Positions 9,724 through 20,300 of a DNA stretch of 64,000 bases are shown piece by piece (the first letter of the stretch is position 1; each line of letters begins with the position of its first letter). Below the pieces are notes generated by a model, which was not told the origin of the DNA, did not search any database, and worked only from the letters and a program-made list of their open reading frames with translations. Both the position numbers and the translations under genes were made by a program. Source of the stretch: Tubiluchus corallicola (Eukaryota > Animalia > Priapulida); assembly GCA_030141605.1 (NCBI GenBank), contig JAQGDQ010002399.1, positions 29,220 to 93,219 on the forward strand, written 5' to 3'.

Positions 9724-11409
9724 CTATTCCCATTGGAGAATAGGCCACTCTCCATCCCTCTTCCATTCCCAAGTATTGGAGAAATCCCAGCCTATAAAAA
9801 CTTCTTTATTGTTATTCCCAGTATCTATGTATGTGTTCACTGCTGTCTTTATTAAATTAGAACCACTGCTAACTCCTATTCCTAAAGGAGATTGTGTCTT
9901 ACCTGAACTTACTATATCCCAATAATTATAAGTCTCAGTAGCATAACCCTCTCCCACCAAGCCACCACGATCAGGAGATACGCTTGTCACCTCTCCAGTG
10001 GCATAACAGTTTTCAATATGGCCGTCGTCTATAGCACCTATTAGCCCGCCGCCGTTAAGAGAATTAGAATTAGTAGAAGTTACATCTCCTAAACTGTAAG
10101 AATTAGTGACAATACTTTCTTCACAGTATCCTAATAAACCACCTATAGAATTCATACCAGTTACATTTCCTGTAGCTTTACAGTTATTAATTGTAATAGC
10201 ATTAGCTTCACCATAACTAAAATACCCAAACGTTCCTACTAATCCTCCAGCTAAATTATTTGCAAATACGTTTACTGCTGCGGAACTATTTGAGATTTCA
10301 GCAGTAATATCATGTGCATAAAATCCTGCCAGCCCACCAACATATTGGTTTCCCCTTACATCTCCTCCTGTAACATGGCAGTTATCAATTTTTGAATCTC
10401 TTCCACTTCCCACCAATCCACCAATGCTACCCTTCGTACTTGCACCTCCAGTTATTCCTCCTGTGGATATTTGTAGATTTACATTTTTTATTTCACTTTC
10501 TACGATACTTCCAAACAAGCCTACTGCACCTCTGTAAGTTCTATTTATAAACAAGTTGCTTATCGTCTTGTTTTGCCCATCGAAAGAACCTTTGAAGCTA
10601 TCAGCATCAGAACTTTCACCTATAGGGTCGAAGCCTTCTTCGGGAAGCTCCTCTGGGAAACTTCCACCCGCTGAGGGATTAGGTAGCGATATATCGTTCA
10701 TCAAAGTATAATCGCCATTTAAATCATAATTCATTCCCTGCAAGTCCTGCCAACTTCTAATGTTGTATTGCTCTATGGGAATGGCATAGGTAAATTTGTA
10801 GTCTTTTCCTTGCAGCCTTATGGTTAAACGTATGGCAGGATATTGCTGATTGCTCACCTCGTTCCATTGTGTTGGAGAAATAGGATTGGGTAATCTTCCT
10901 TTCCCATTTTGTATGTTGAAACTACCGCTAATAGCAGAAAATCCTTTTACCTGCAAGGTATATGGGTGGTTTCCATTGGCTAATGGTAAGTCGCTCACTT
11001 CAAACAGAGTGTTCTTTTCAAAATCCCCCGCCCCTACTCGGTTGGCTTCTTCACTTGTTTGCGGGTCTGTGTAATAGCTCAAAGCTCTAAAAATAGGTTT
11101 TCTTCCAAAACAGGCAGACCACCCACCATAAGCAGCTCCTAAGTACACTCTCATACAATTGTAGCTACTACTCAAATCAAATACAATAGTGCCTTCAGCA
11201 ATATCTCCTCCTTGAGGGTTGGTAACATTGTTTTGACTTAAATCTACCCTGGGTATCACAAATCCGTAATGGTCGTCGCCGCCTTGTATGTTGGACCTTA
11301 TGTCTAACATACCTTCTGGCTTGTTGGTACCTATTCCTACCTGCGATTTCAAGCGAGTATTCCCCAAATAAAACAATAAACAAACAGTCAAAAAGATGTT
11401 AAGTTTCAT
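9724..11409 (-). CDS. Secreted GLUG-repeat surface protein
   Basis: Signal peptide, N-terminal QVGIGTNKP..LDI..GFVIPRV module, then repeated VGGLAG/IGGLVG...NCYATG.V GLUG motifs. Confidence 0.75.
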   Translation of the reverse strand: MKLNIFLTVCLLFYLGNTRLKSQVGIGTNKPEGMLDIRSNIQGGDDHYGFVIPRVDLSQNNVTNPQGGDIAEGTIVFDLSSSYNCMRVYLGAAYGGWSACFGRKPIFRALSYYTDPQTSEEANRVGAGDFEKNTLFEVSDLPLANGNHPYTLQVKGFSAISGSFNIQNGKGRLPNPISPTQWNEVSNQQYPAIRLTIRLQGKDYKFTYAIPIEQYNIRSWQDLQGMNYDLNGDYTLMNDISLPNPSAGGSFPEELPEEGFDPIGESSDADSFKGSFDGQNKTISNLFINRTYRGAVGLFGSIVESEIKNVNLQISTGGITGGASTKGSIGGLVGSGRDSKIDNCHVTGGDVRGNQYVGGLAGFYAHDITAEISNSSAAVNVFANNLAGGLVGTFGYFSYGEANAITINNCKATGNVTGMNSIGGLLGYCEESIVTNSYSLGDVTSTNSNSLNGGGLIGAIDDGHIENCYATGEVTSVSPDRGGLVGEGYATETYNYWDIVSSGKTQSPLGIGVSSGSNLIKTAVNTYIDTGNNNKEVFIGWDFSNTWEWKRDGEWPILQWE

Positions 11410-11478
11410 AACAATATATTTAGTATATAAAAATAAAAGTATACAAAAATACCTAAAAATACAATTGTATAGCTGCTT

Positions 11479-13536
11479 CTAAAATCGTATTTCCATTTTA
11501 AAAACTGCATTTCTTCCCATTTCATAGAACTGACTTGCTTCTTCTTGGTTTCTATAACTTCTGCTCAAATGCTCAAAATAATTTTCGTTGAATATATTAT
11601 TTAGTGCAAAAGATAATTTTAAGTTTTTCAATATCCAGTAATTGGCATACAAATCGAATGTTTTAAAGAACTTGGAAGGTGTTTCATTAAACGATTGTGA
11701 AACCCTTTCTTGTGCAGCTACTATTCTGCTTTTCAGTCCACACATCCATTTTTCTTTTTGAAATAGCAACTCTATGCTAGATGACAAAGGTGGTATCTCT
11801 GCCACTGGCTCATCCCAATCTACATTATGTGCAAAGGTATAAGAAACTTGTCCTAAAACTGTAAAGTATCTATATATGAAAACTTTCAAACTTGCCTCAA
11901 AACCATATTGATACACTTCGTCTACATTTTCAAATCTTTTAGCATATATAGGCTCTTGTGTAGGCATATACTTACGTTTTAATGTGCTATCTACTTTTGC
12001 AGTAATGAAGTTATTTATATACGAATAAAACCCATTGCCATATAGCTCTATTGTAGGTGTTTTATAGCTTACCTGCACATCTAACTGATTGTTTCTCTCT
12101 GCTTTCAAATTTGGATTACCTACATATTCGTGAGCATCCATTCCTATGGTGAAATGATTTATATACAACTCGTCTAAGTTGGGCATCCTGCTACCACTCC
12201 CTAATTTTAAGGAAGTAGTTATTTTTTCGTTGAGCAAATATAGAAACGATAAATTGGCATGTGGTAAGTATTGGCTTTCATATTGTATGTTGTCGTATTT
12301 TTCTTTAAAGTCTGATGCGGGGTTTAAAATGTCTGATGTGTTATAGTCCAACCTTAGGCCAGCTTTCATTTGCATCTTTTTATTTAGCCAATGCTCCATT
12401 TCTGTATATAGCCCCAGTATTTCTAATTGGGAGTTTTGCCATACAGAGTCTTTAAATATTTTAGGTGGTTCTACAGGTGCTCCGTTAGACATTAGGACTT
12501 CTCGTGTTCGCTCTCCATCTTTGTTCAAATACAAATAATCTATTCCTGAGCATAATTGAACATTTTTACCTATGACGTATAAGCCCTCTATTTTAATTCC
12601 TGCATTTTTAGAATTTACATCCGTTTCCGAATGTGTCATTGCATAGTTAGGTCTGTTTTTATTAGTCATCAGATGGGGTACAGTAGCTCCGTGTAATTTT
12701 ACATTCAATTCTGAAAACTTGGGCAACAAATTTTTTGCCTGATAATCTAAGGAAACAATATGACTTTCTTCTTTCTCTGCATCCATTGGCAAACCTGCAT
12801 ATAAAACATCTTTGGATAGGTTGTATTGCCACGACAAGCCTACTGTTTGGTTTTTAGCAACCTTTACTCCTGCTTTTGTAATGTAATTATAAGAGGTGAA
12901 AGACGAAGGTATTTCCTGTCCATCTCCACTTATATAGTTGTCAAAATCTCTTATACTTCCTCCCATAGTTACATAATACTTTTTATTTGAAAGGGTAATA
13001 TGTCCATTGCTTGTTTTGGCATCTGCGTTTGTAATATAGCCCACAGAGGCACGCCCTGAAACTTCTGGTTCTGTTGAATATAAATGCTGACGAGTAATTA
13101 CATTTACTACTCCTCCCATATTTTGTCCATACCTTACCTTGTAAGGTCCTTTGATAATTTCTATTGTCTCTATTTCCGATATTGGAATTTGTGTTGTTAT
13201 AGGGTCCATACGGTTAGGACAAGCACTAAAAACCCGTATTCCAGTATTCATCTGAACATTTAACTGCTCGTATTTAAACATATTTAATACAGGTTCGGAT
13301 GCGAAGTTCCCACGCTTTACTACACCTCCTACACCTTTTATGTATTTAAATATTTCTGATGTGTTTGATACAGCACAATTTTCTATTTCATCGCTATTTG
13401 TAACGTTTTTAAAATGCTTTGTATTTGCCTTTTCAGCTACTATTACTTCATCAAGTAGTATGGAGTCTTTTTGAGAATAAATATTTAGAAAAAAAAAGTT
13501 GCAGAATAATAAAAAGAGGGTAATTTTTCTACTCAT
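11479..13536 (-). CDS. TonB-dependent receptor, OprC/NosA-like copper type
   Basis: Plug IEIIKGP, GNPNLKAE, C-terminal Phe; ACPNRMDP (CxxxM) and HLM (HxM) metal motifs. Confidence 0.8.
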   Translation of the reverse strand: MSRKITLFLLFCNFFFLNIYSQKDSILLDEVIVAEKANTKHFKNVTNSDEIENCAVSNTSEIFKYIKGVGGVVKRGNFASEPVLNMFKYEQLNVQMNTGIRVFSACPNRMDPITTQIPISEIETIEIIKGPYKVRYGQNMGGVVNVITRQHLYSTEPEVSGRASVGYITNADAKTSNGHITLSNKKYYVTMGGSIRDFDNYISGDGQEIPSSFTSYNYITKAGVKVAKNQTVGLSWQYNLSKDVLYAGLPMDAEKEESHIVSLDYQAKNLLPKFSELNVKLHGATVPHLMTNKNRPNYAMTHSETDVNSKNAGIKIEGLYVIGKNVQLCSGIDYLYLNKDGERTREVLMSNGAPVEPPKIFKDSVWQNSQLEILGLYTEMEHWLNKKMQMKAGLRLDYNTSDILNPASDFKEKYDNIQYESQYLPHANLSFLYLLNEKITTSLKLGSGSRMPNLDELYINHFTIGMDAHEYVGNPNLKAERNNQLDVQVSYKTPTIELYGNGFYSYINNFITAKVDSTLKRKYMPTQEPIYAKRFENVDEVYQYGFEASLKVFIYRYFTVLGQVSYTFAHNVDWDEPVAEIPPLSSSIELLFQKEKWMCGLKSRIVAAQERVSQSFNETPSKFFKTFDLYANYWILKNLKLSFALNNIFNENYFEHLSRSYRNQEEASQFYEMGRNAVFKMEIRF

Positions 13537-13612
13537 TTTGAATAAAGATTATATATAAAATTGTGTTTGCGGTAGCAAAAGTAGTGAATTCCAGAAAGAG
13601 AAGAAATAATAA

Positions 13613-14461
13613 TTATTTTTTTCTGCTTAGCTTTTGATTTGGGATGATTGAGCCTAATGTTCTGGTAGAAATGTATTTTAAGCCTTTTATTAAAAACAGT
13701 AACATAGTTAGCACTACCACAATAGTAGCTCCTGAGGGCATATTCCAATAAAAAGAAAGTAATAAACCCGTCAATGCACCAATGAAACTTATTAGCATAG
13801 CATAGCCCATTATTTTTTTAAAGTTATTGGTTAGTAGGTTTGCAATGGTCTGTGGTATGGTTAGAAAAGAGATTACCAGTATGATGCCCGCAATGCGAAT
13901 GTTTAGCACCACAGTGAGAGCTACAAGAGTAATAAGCAAATAATTAACAAGTCCTACACGTATTTTATGTGTACGTGCATACTCAGGGTCAAATGAGAGA
14001 TAAAGTATGGTTTTATACATTGTAGCAAATACAAAAGCAATAACTACTACCAGTATTGTTAGTGCGTAAATGTCGGTCGTGGATACAGCTATAATACTAC
14101 CAAACAGGTAACTAACAAGGTTGGGTGCATAGCCCGGTGTAATAGCAATAAAGAGTATGCCAGTAGCCATACCAAGCGACCATAACAATCCAATGTTTGA
14201 GTCAAAACGCATTTTCTTTTTGCGAGAGAGAAACTCTATGAGTAGGGCAGAGACAACCCCAAAAACAGATGCTCCTAATATAGGATTGGCTCCCAAGTAA
14301 TAAGCTATTCCAATACCGCTAAACGAAGAATGTGTGATACCTCCACTAATGAAAACCATTCGCCTTGCAACAATATATGTTCCGATTATTCCACAGGAGA
14401 TACTAGCAAGCACTACAGCAATAAGCGAGTTAGTAAAAAAGTGATATTGAAATAGGTGCAT
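13613..14461 (-). CDS. Zn/Mn-type metal ABC transporter permease (ZnuB/MntB family)
   Basis: IVARRMVFISGGITHSSFSGIG, YLFGSI, FDPEYA, PSGATIV; highly hydrophobic. Confidence 0.9.
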   Translation of the reverse strand: MHLFQYHFFTNSLIAVVLASISCGIIGTYIVARRMVFISGGITHSSFSGIGIAYYLGANPILGASVFGVVSALLIEFLSRKKKMRFDSNIGLLWSLGMATGILFIAITPGYAPNLVSYLFGSIIAVSTTDIYALTILVVVIAFVFATMYKTILYLSFDPEYARTHKIRVGLVNYLLITLVALTVVLNIRIAGIILVISFLTIPQTIANLLTNNFKKIMGYAMLISFIGALTGLLLSFYWNMPSGATIVVVLTMLLFLIKGLKYISTRTLGSIIPNQKLSRKK

Positions 14462-14498
14462 AATAATTTAAAAGAATTTTTCTTAGTGAATTTAAAAG

Positions 14499-14506
14499 CA
14501 AATTTA
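14499..14506 (-). promoter_or_regulatory. Sigma-A -7 element upstream of the metal permease
   Basis: Reverse complement TAAATTTG. Confidence 0.5.
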
Positions 14507-14805
14507 CAGAAATTTTCACTTTTGTGTGCTACAAAAATACGAACGGAAAAAAAAGATGAAAAAAATATAGACTAAATTGCATTGTTAAGTTTATCAGAAT
14601 TGCGAAACAATCAAACTGAAAATAAAGTATTTTTGCTGATTGAAAACTTTTTACTTATTTCGTCTTTATGAAGACTTAATTAATAGCTTTATTTGCAAAT
14701 CATAGAGAATATAGGACATAATTGAAGAATAGAAAATGTTGTTTTTAGCTTTCTAAATAAGCGATTTAACAGTTACAGTAGAAATAAATTCAGATTGATA
14801 GACAA

Positions 14806-15915
14806 ATGTCATTTTACAATATCATACAACAATACAAAGACTACGATTTTGAGGAATATTTTCAGAGCCTTACTCCCCAACACATACTAAGTAGTATAGA
14901 TAGAGAAGTACTTACGCCTACCGACTTTCTCAACCTCCTTTCACCCAAAGCTCAAAACCACATAGAACATATGGCTCAAAGAGCTTATAGCCTTACTAAG
15001 CAGTATTTTGGGCAAACAATAGGTATTTATGCCCCCCTATATATCTCTAATTATTGTGTCAACGACTGTACCTACTGTGGTTTTAGCAAAAAGAATAAGA
15101 TAAAAAGAAAGCAACTTACTTTACAGGAAATAGAACAGGAAGCTCGAAAAATACAGCAACAAGGTATTAAACATATTTTATTGCTCACAGGTGAAGCAGC
15201 TAAACGTACTAATTTTGATTATATTAAGGAGGCTGTCTGCATACTTAGAAAATACTTTCCCTCTGTTTCCGTTGAAATATACCCTTTGAATACAAATGCT
15301 TATAAGGAATTGAAAGTGCTTGGAGTGGACGGACTGACTGTATATCAAGAGATATATGACGAAAAAAAATACACTGAATACCACATATCAGGACCCAAAA
15401 CCAACTACCAGTACCGCTTACTTACTGCAGAACGCGGAGCAGAAGCAGGTATACGACACATAAGTACAGGCACACTTTTTGGCTTGGGTAAGCTGCATAG
15501 TGAAGCTTTCTTTTCTGGATTGCACTCTCATTATTTGATGAATAAATACATAGATACAGAGTTTAGCCTGTCTATGCCACGTATAAAAAATGCAGTGGGA
15601 GGATTTCAAACTCAACACGAATTAGACGACAAAACCTTTGTGCAATACCTACTTGCTTACCGTCTTTTTCTACCCCGTGTAGGTATTAACCTTTCTACTC
15701 GTGAGAGTGCCAAATTTAGAGATAATCTAATAGGATTAGGTGTTACTCGTTTCTCCGCAGGCTCAAAAACAGATGTAGGCGGATATAGCTTACAGGAGAA
15801 ATCAACACAACAATTTGCCCTCTCTGACGAACGTACTGTAAAACAAATAGCTCAAAGTATAAAAAAGCATAATTACCAAGTAGTATATAAGGACTGGGAG
15901 CTTATTCAATTTTAA
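14806..15915 (+). CDS. thiH: 2-iminoacetate synthase (radical SAM)
   Basis: YAPLYISNYCVNDCTYCGF (CxxxCxxC), LSTRE, SAGSKT.VGGY, QF..SDER, KDW. Confidence 0.93.
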   Translation: MSFYNIIQQYKDYDFEEYFQSLTPQHILSSIDREVLTPTDFLNLLSPKAQNHIEHMAQRAYSLTKQYFGQTIGIYAPLYISNYCVNDCTYCGFSKKNKIKRKQLTLQEIEQEARKIQQQGIKHILLLTGEAAKRTNFDYIKEAVCILRKYFPSVSVEIYPLNTNAYKELKVLGVDGLTVYQEIYDEKKYTEYHISGPKTNYQYRLLTAERGAEAGIRHISTGTLFGLGKLHSEAFFSGLHSHYLMNKYIDTEFSLSMPRIKNAVGGFQTQHELDDKTFVQYLLAYRLFLPRVGINLSTRESAKFRDNLIGLGVTRFSAGSKTDVGGYSLQEKSTQQFALSDERTVKQIAQSIKKHNYQVVYKDWELIQF

Positions 15916-15924
15916 AAAAAGACT

Positions 15925-16953
15925 ATGAAAAGTATATATCGTATCATAGATGCCAATCTCAACCGTGCTGCCGAAGGCATTAGAGTAGTAGAAGACTTGA
16001 TGCGCTTTCTGTATGAGGATAAGACTATTGCCTCTCTGCTGCGAAATCTACGCCACAAATTGAGAAAAACTTTTGCAAAAGACGATATACACTTTCTTAA
16101 TCATAGAAATATAAGAGAGGATGTAGGGGTAGAAATAAGCAATTCTAATACCCACGACAATAAAACAAGTGTTCAACAATTGTTGCAAGCTAACTTGAAA
16201 AGGATAGAAGAAGCCTTGCGCGTAATGGAAGAAACATTTAAAGTAGCCAAGCAATATTCTCTTGCCAAGCAGCTAGAAGCCCTACGGTACAACACCTATG
16301 ACATAGAAAAGCAGATACAAATAAAACTACAAAAGATTATCCCTATTGGACTGTATGGTATTACAGCAGAAAAATTTGCTAATGGAAGAACTAATATAGA
16401 ATGTGTAAAACAAATGGTGCAAGCAGGCATAAAAATCATACAATATCGTGAAAAAGACAAGCCAATAAGAGAAAAAATAGCAGAAGCCAAGCAAATAGCA
16501 ACCTTTTGTAAAAAGACCAATGTTCTTTTTATTATGAATGACCATCCAGATATAGCATTGCTGGTAGACGCTGATGGCGTACATATAGGACAAAATGATA
16601 TGCATATTGCTGATGTAAGAAAAATAGTAGGTGAACATAAAATAATAGGAGTCTCTACCCACGCTCCTGCACAGGCACAACAGGCTGTGAAAGATGGTGC
16701 TGACTATATAGGTGTAGGTCCCATATTTCCCACCACAACCAAAGACCGCAAGCCTGTAGGTTTGGAATATTTAGAATATGTAACAACCAACATCAAGCTG
16801 CCTTATGTAGCTATAGGAGGTATTAAGGAAAACAATATAGACCAAATAGCTCAACGAGGTGCTCAACGTATTAGTCTTGTAAGTGAGATAGTAGGAGCAG
16901 ACGATATTTCTAAAAAAGTAATGAGCTTAAATGAAAAGCTGAAAATAAAATGA
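15925..16953 (+). CDS. thiE: Thiamine-phosphate synthase with N-terminal ThiD2 domain
   Basis: N-terminal RIIDANLNRAAEGIRVVED...EALRVMEE...RYNTYDIEK; C-terminal QYREK, ND, DGVHIGQ.D, GVSTH, GPIFPTTTK, AIGGI. Confidence 0.9.
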   Translation: MKSIYRIIDANLNRAAEGIRVVEDLMRFLYEDKTIASLLRNLRHKLRKTFAKDDIHFLNHRNIREDVGVEISNSNTHDNKTSVQQLLQANLKRIEEALRVMEETFKVAKQYSLAKQLEALRYNTYDIEKQIQIKLQKIIPIGLYGITAEKFANGRTNIECVKQMVQAGIKIIQYREKDKPIREKIAEAKQIATFCKKTNVLFIMNDHPDIALLVDADGVHIGQNDMHIADVRKIVGEHKIIGVSTHAPAQAQQAVKDGADYIGVGPIFPTTTKDRKPVGLEYLEYVTTNIKLPYVAIGGIKENNIDQIAQRGAQRISLVSEIVGADDISKKVMSLNEKLKIK

Positions 16954-17238
16954 ATTGTGCATTTACGCTAATTTAACCCTAATTTTTAAAGCAGATATGC
17001 ACAAAACTTACCTTATATGCTAATATAAAGCATACAAATAGCCTAAAAAAAAGACTCCTTCTTTATATACAGAGAAACACTAAAAAAAAGTTGGGATAGC
17101 AAAAGCAGCTTTTTTGAGGGAGGGCTATAACTATAATATAACAACACTCACTACACCTATGACAACAACAATTTCAAATAAGAAAAAAAAGTATCATTAT
17201 TTATAAAAAATGTACTGGCTTCTATATGAGTGTTCCAA

Positions 17239-17246
17239 TACATTTG
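17239..17246 (+). promoter_or_regulatory. Candidate sigma-A -7 element for the PUL
   Basis: TACATTTG about 150 bp upstream of susC. Confidence 0.4.
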
Positions 17247-17394
17247 CTTCATATTTAATGAGGTCTGGAATACTTGTATGGGGACTATTAAAACCTTACT
17301 CCTCTAAACTAAGAACAAACAACAAATTTCTATTCATTATCCTACTCATTATATGCTAAAAGTATAACGTTGATTTTGTTTAAAAAAAGAAAAA

Positions 17395-20300
17395 ATGCTT
17401 CGAAGGCTAAGAATAACAATACTTGTTTCTTTTATCAGTACTTCCTCTTTTTCTCAAATCAGAACAATTAGCGGATTAGTGAAATCAAATGATGGAGAAC
17501 CCTTGCCGGGTGCTTCTGTTTCCATAGAAGACAAGGCAAAAGGAACAATTACTGATATGCACGGACGCTTTTCATTTCAGGCAGAAAAAGGAGATATATT
17601 ACTATTTTCATTTCTTGGGTTTGAAACCAAAAGAATAGAAGTTTTAAACCAATCTTTTATAGATGTTGTTCTTGGTGAAGAAACACAGCAAATAGGCGAA
17701 GTCATTATTGTTAGTTCTGGATATTTTGATGAAACAAAAAGGGAAGTAGCAGGTGCTATTGGGCAAGTGAGAGTAGATGATATGGCAACAAAAAATCCAA
17801 ATACTTTAGAAACACTCCTACAAGGAAGAGTAGCAGGAGTAGTGGTTAGTGAAACAGGTGAGCCGGGAGGAGGAATAAGCATTAATGTGCGAGGAGCTAA
17901 CTCTATGTTTGGGACAACACAGCCCCTTTACATTGTTGATGGAATACCTATTGACCCTATTGCAGATGCAGAGGGGAGTACAGCAGGAGGAGAAGCACAA
18001 TCTTCTCTCAACTTCATAAACCCTGCCGACATTGAGAAGTTAGAAGTTTTGAGAGATGCCGCATCTACTGCACTTTATGGTTCAAGAGGGGCTAATGGTG
18101 TAGTTCTCATCACCACTAAAAGAGGAAAAACAGGAAAAGGAATATTAAATGTATCTGCCAATATATCCATTTCTACAGTAGCTAAAACCATAGATGTATT
18201 AGATGGACCAGGGTTTGCAGAATACCTTAACCAAAGACAAATTAACGAATTCTATAAAAAGATAACTAATCCCAATAGAAACGGTGCAACAATGGTATAT
18301 GATGGAACACAACCTATCAATGGCTTTTCTTTTGATGGTGTAGTTCTAAATTTGCCTTACAACTGGGTAGATGACCCCCTACCTTCTCAAGTCCCAATCA
18401 GTACCGATTGGCAAGATGAGGTCTACCAACTGGCAGCAACCCAAAAATACAATATTGGATATTCTGGAGGAGACGACAAAGGAACTTATTCCTTGCGATT
18501 AGGAATGTCTGATAATGAAGGAGTGATTATCAATACCAAAAACCAACGATTAACCTACAATATGGATGTTTTTAAAAAATTGCACGCAAATACACTTACC
18601 CTACGCTCTAAAACCAACGTTTCTTATACTAAGGGCAGAGCAGGCTCAATAAACAACGGAGCAGTATATCAGAATAGAGGTGTTGTATCTCAAACCCTAC
18701 GCTTTCAACCTCTTTATGGACTATTGGAAGAAGGAGATGATGTGGAAAATGCCTATGCCTTATTTAATGATGGTCAACCAGCATCTAATCCCTATACACT
18801 GGCTACCGAGCTTCAAGACCAAAAAACAGCTTATACTGTTTTTCAGTCTTTAATTCTTAAAGCACAAGTAAATCCAGTTTTTACTTATACACTTAAAGGC
18901 TCTGTAAACTATCAAAACAGTTTGAGGGATACCTATTATCCAACAACTACACAAAGAGGGCTTAGAAACAATGGAGAAGCATCTTACTCTACTCTATTAA
19001 ATCAAAAATGGTATATAGAAAACAACCTATTCTTTAAAAAGAAAATAAAGAAACACAATACTAGCCTTCTTCTTCTAAACACTTTAGAGAAAAACGATGT
19101 TCGTTCTCTGTTTAGCAGAGTTTATGGTTTTCCCGGAGATTATACAGGATACTATGATTTGTCTATCGCTTCAGATGTCTTACCTCCAGTTTCTGCCTAT
19201 CACGATTTTACTTTGGCTTCATTTATGGCAAGAGCCGCTTACAACTACAATTATAAATACATATTTAATGCCTCAATAAGGGCAGATGGTTCTTCCAAAT
19301 TTGCAAAAAATAACAAATGGGGTATTTTCCCTTCCGTAGCTTTTGCTTGGTTGATGGTAAAAGAAGATTTTATGAAAGATATACACGCCATCAATAATAT
19401 GAAACTGAGATTGAGCTATGGTCAAATAGGAAACAACCCTATAACCCCTTACCAGTCCTTAGGAACATTAGAATCTACAACTTATAATTTTGATGAAAAA
19501 GTAGTCTCAGGGTATTATTACAGCAATCTGGCTAATGACAATCTCACTTGGGAGAGAACAGAGCAATACAACATAGGTTTAGATATGGGACTATGGGACA
19601 ACCTTGTTACCTTAGAAGCTGATGTATATTATAAAGTAACCAAAGACTTATTACAAAGAGTACAACGTCCTCCTTCGTCAGGTTTTCCCGAGATAATAGA
19701 TAATTTTGGAGAGGTAGAGAACAAAGGAATAGAATTGAGTTTAGGAGTTTCTCCCATAAGAGGCAAAAAATTGAACTGGGACATTACAGCCATATTTGGG
19801 CTGAACAGAAATAAACTCTTGAGCCTAAACAGAGATGCAAGCTACCAAAGAGGGCCTAATGTAGCATTCGACGAACCTGCCAATATGTTTATGGAAGGAA
19901 AACCTCTTGGAATATTTTGGGGAGCAGAAACCGATGGAGTATATGAAGATTGGGAAGAAGCCTTAGCAAGTGGAATACAAGGTGCTGCTCCGGGAGAAAT
20001 AAAATATGTAAACAGAAACATAGATTACTTACAAGATGCCAATGGAGAATACATTTTAGATGCAGAAGGAAACCGTATAGAGCTGGAACAACAGATTATC
20101 AACTTCGAAGACTATACACAGATAGGAGACCCCAACCCTGATTTTACCCTAAGTTTAAACAACTATTTTACCTATAAACAATTTACCTTTTCATTTCTAA
20201 TTACTGCTCAAAAAGGAGGAGATATTCTATGGTTAGATGGTTTAACTATCGAAGCAATGCATAACACAACTAATATGAGTACTGATGCTTATAACAACTC

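Noticed and set aside
13489-13497. A9 tract in the signal-peptide region of the copper receptor as a phase-variation switch
   Set aside because: The frame is intact and 8-9-nt A/T runs are common throughout this AT-rich window
14462-14805. TPP riboswitch upstream of thiH
   Set aside because: No conserved aptamer core visible
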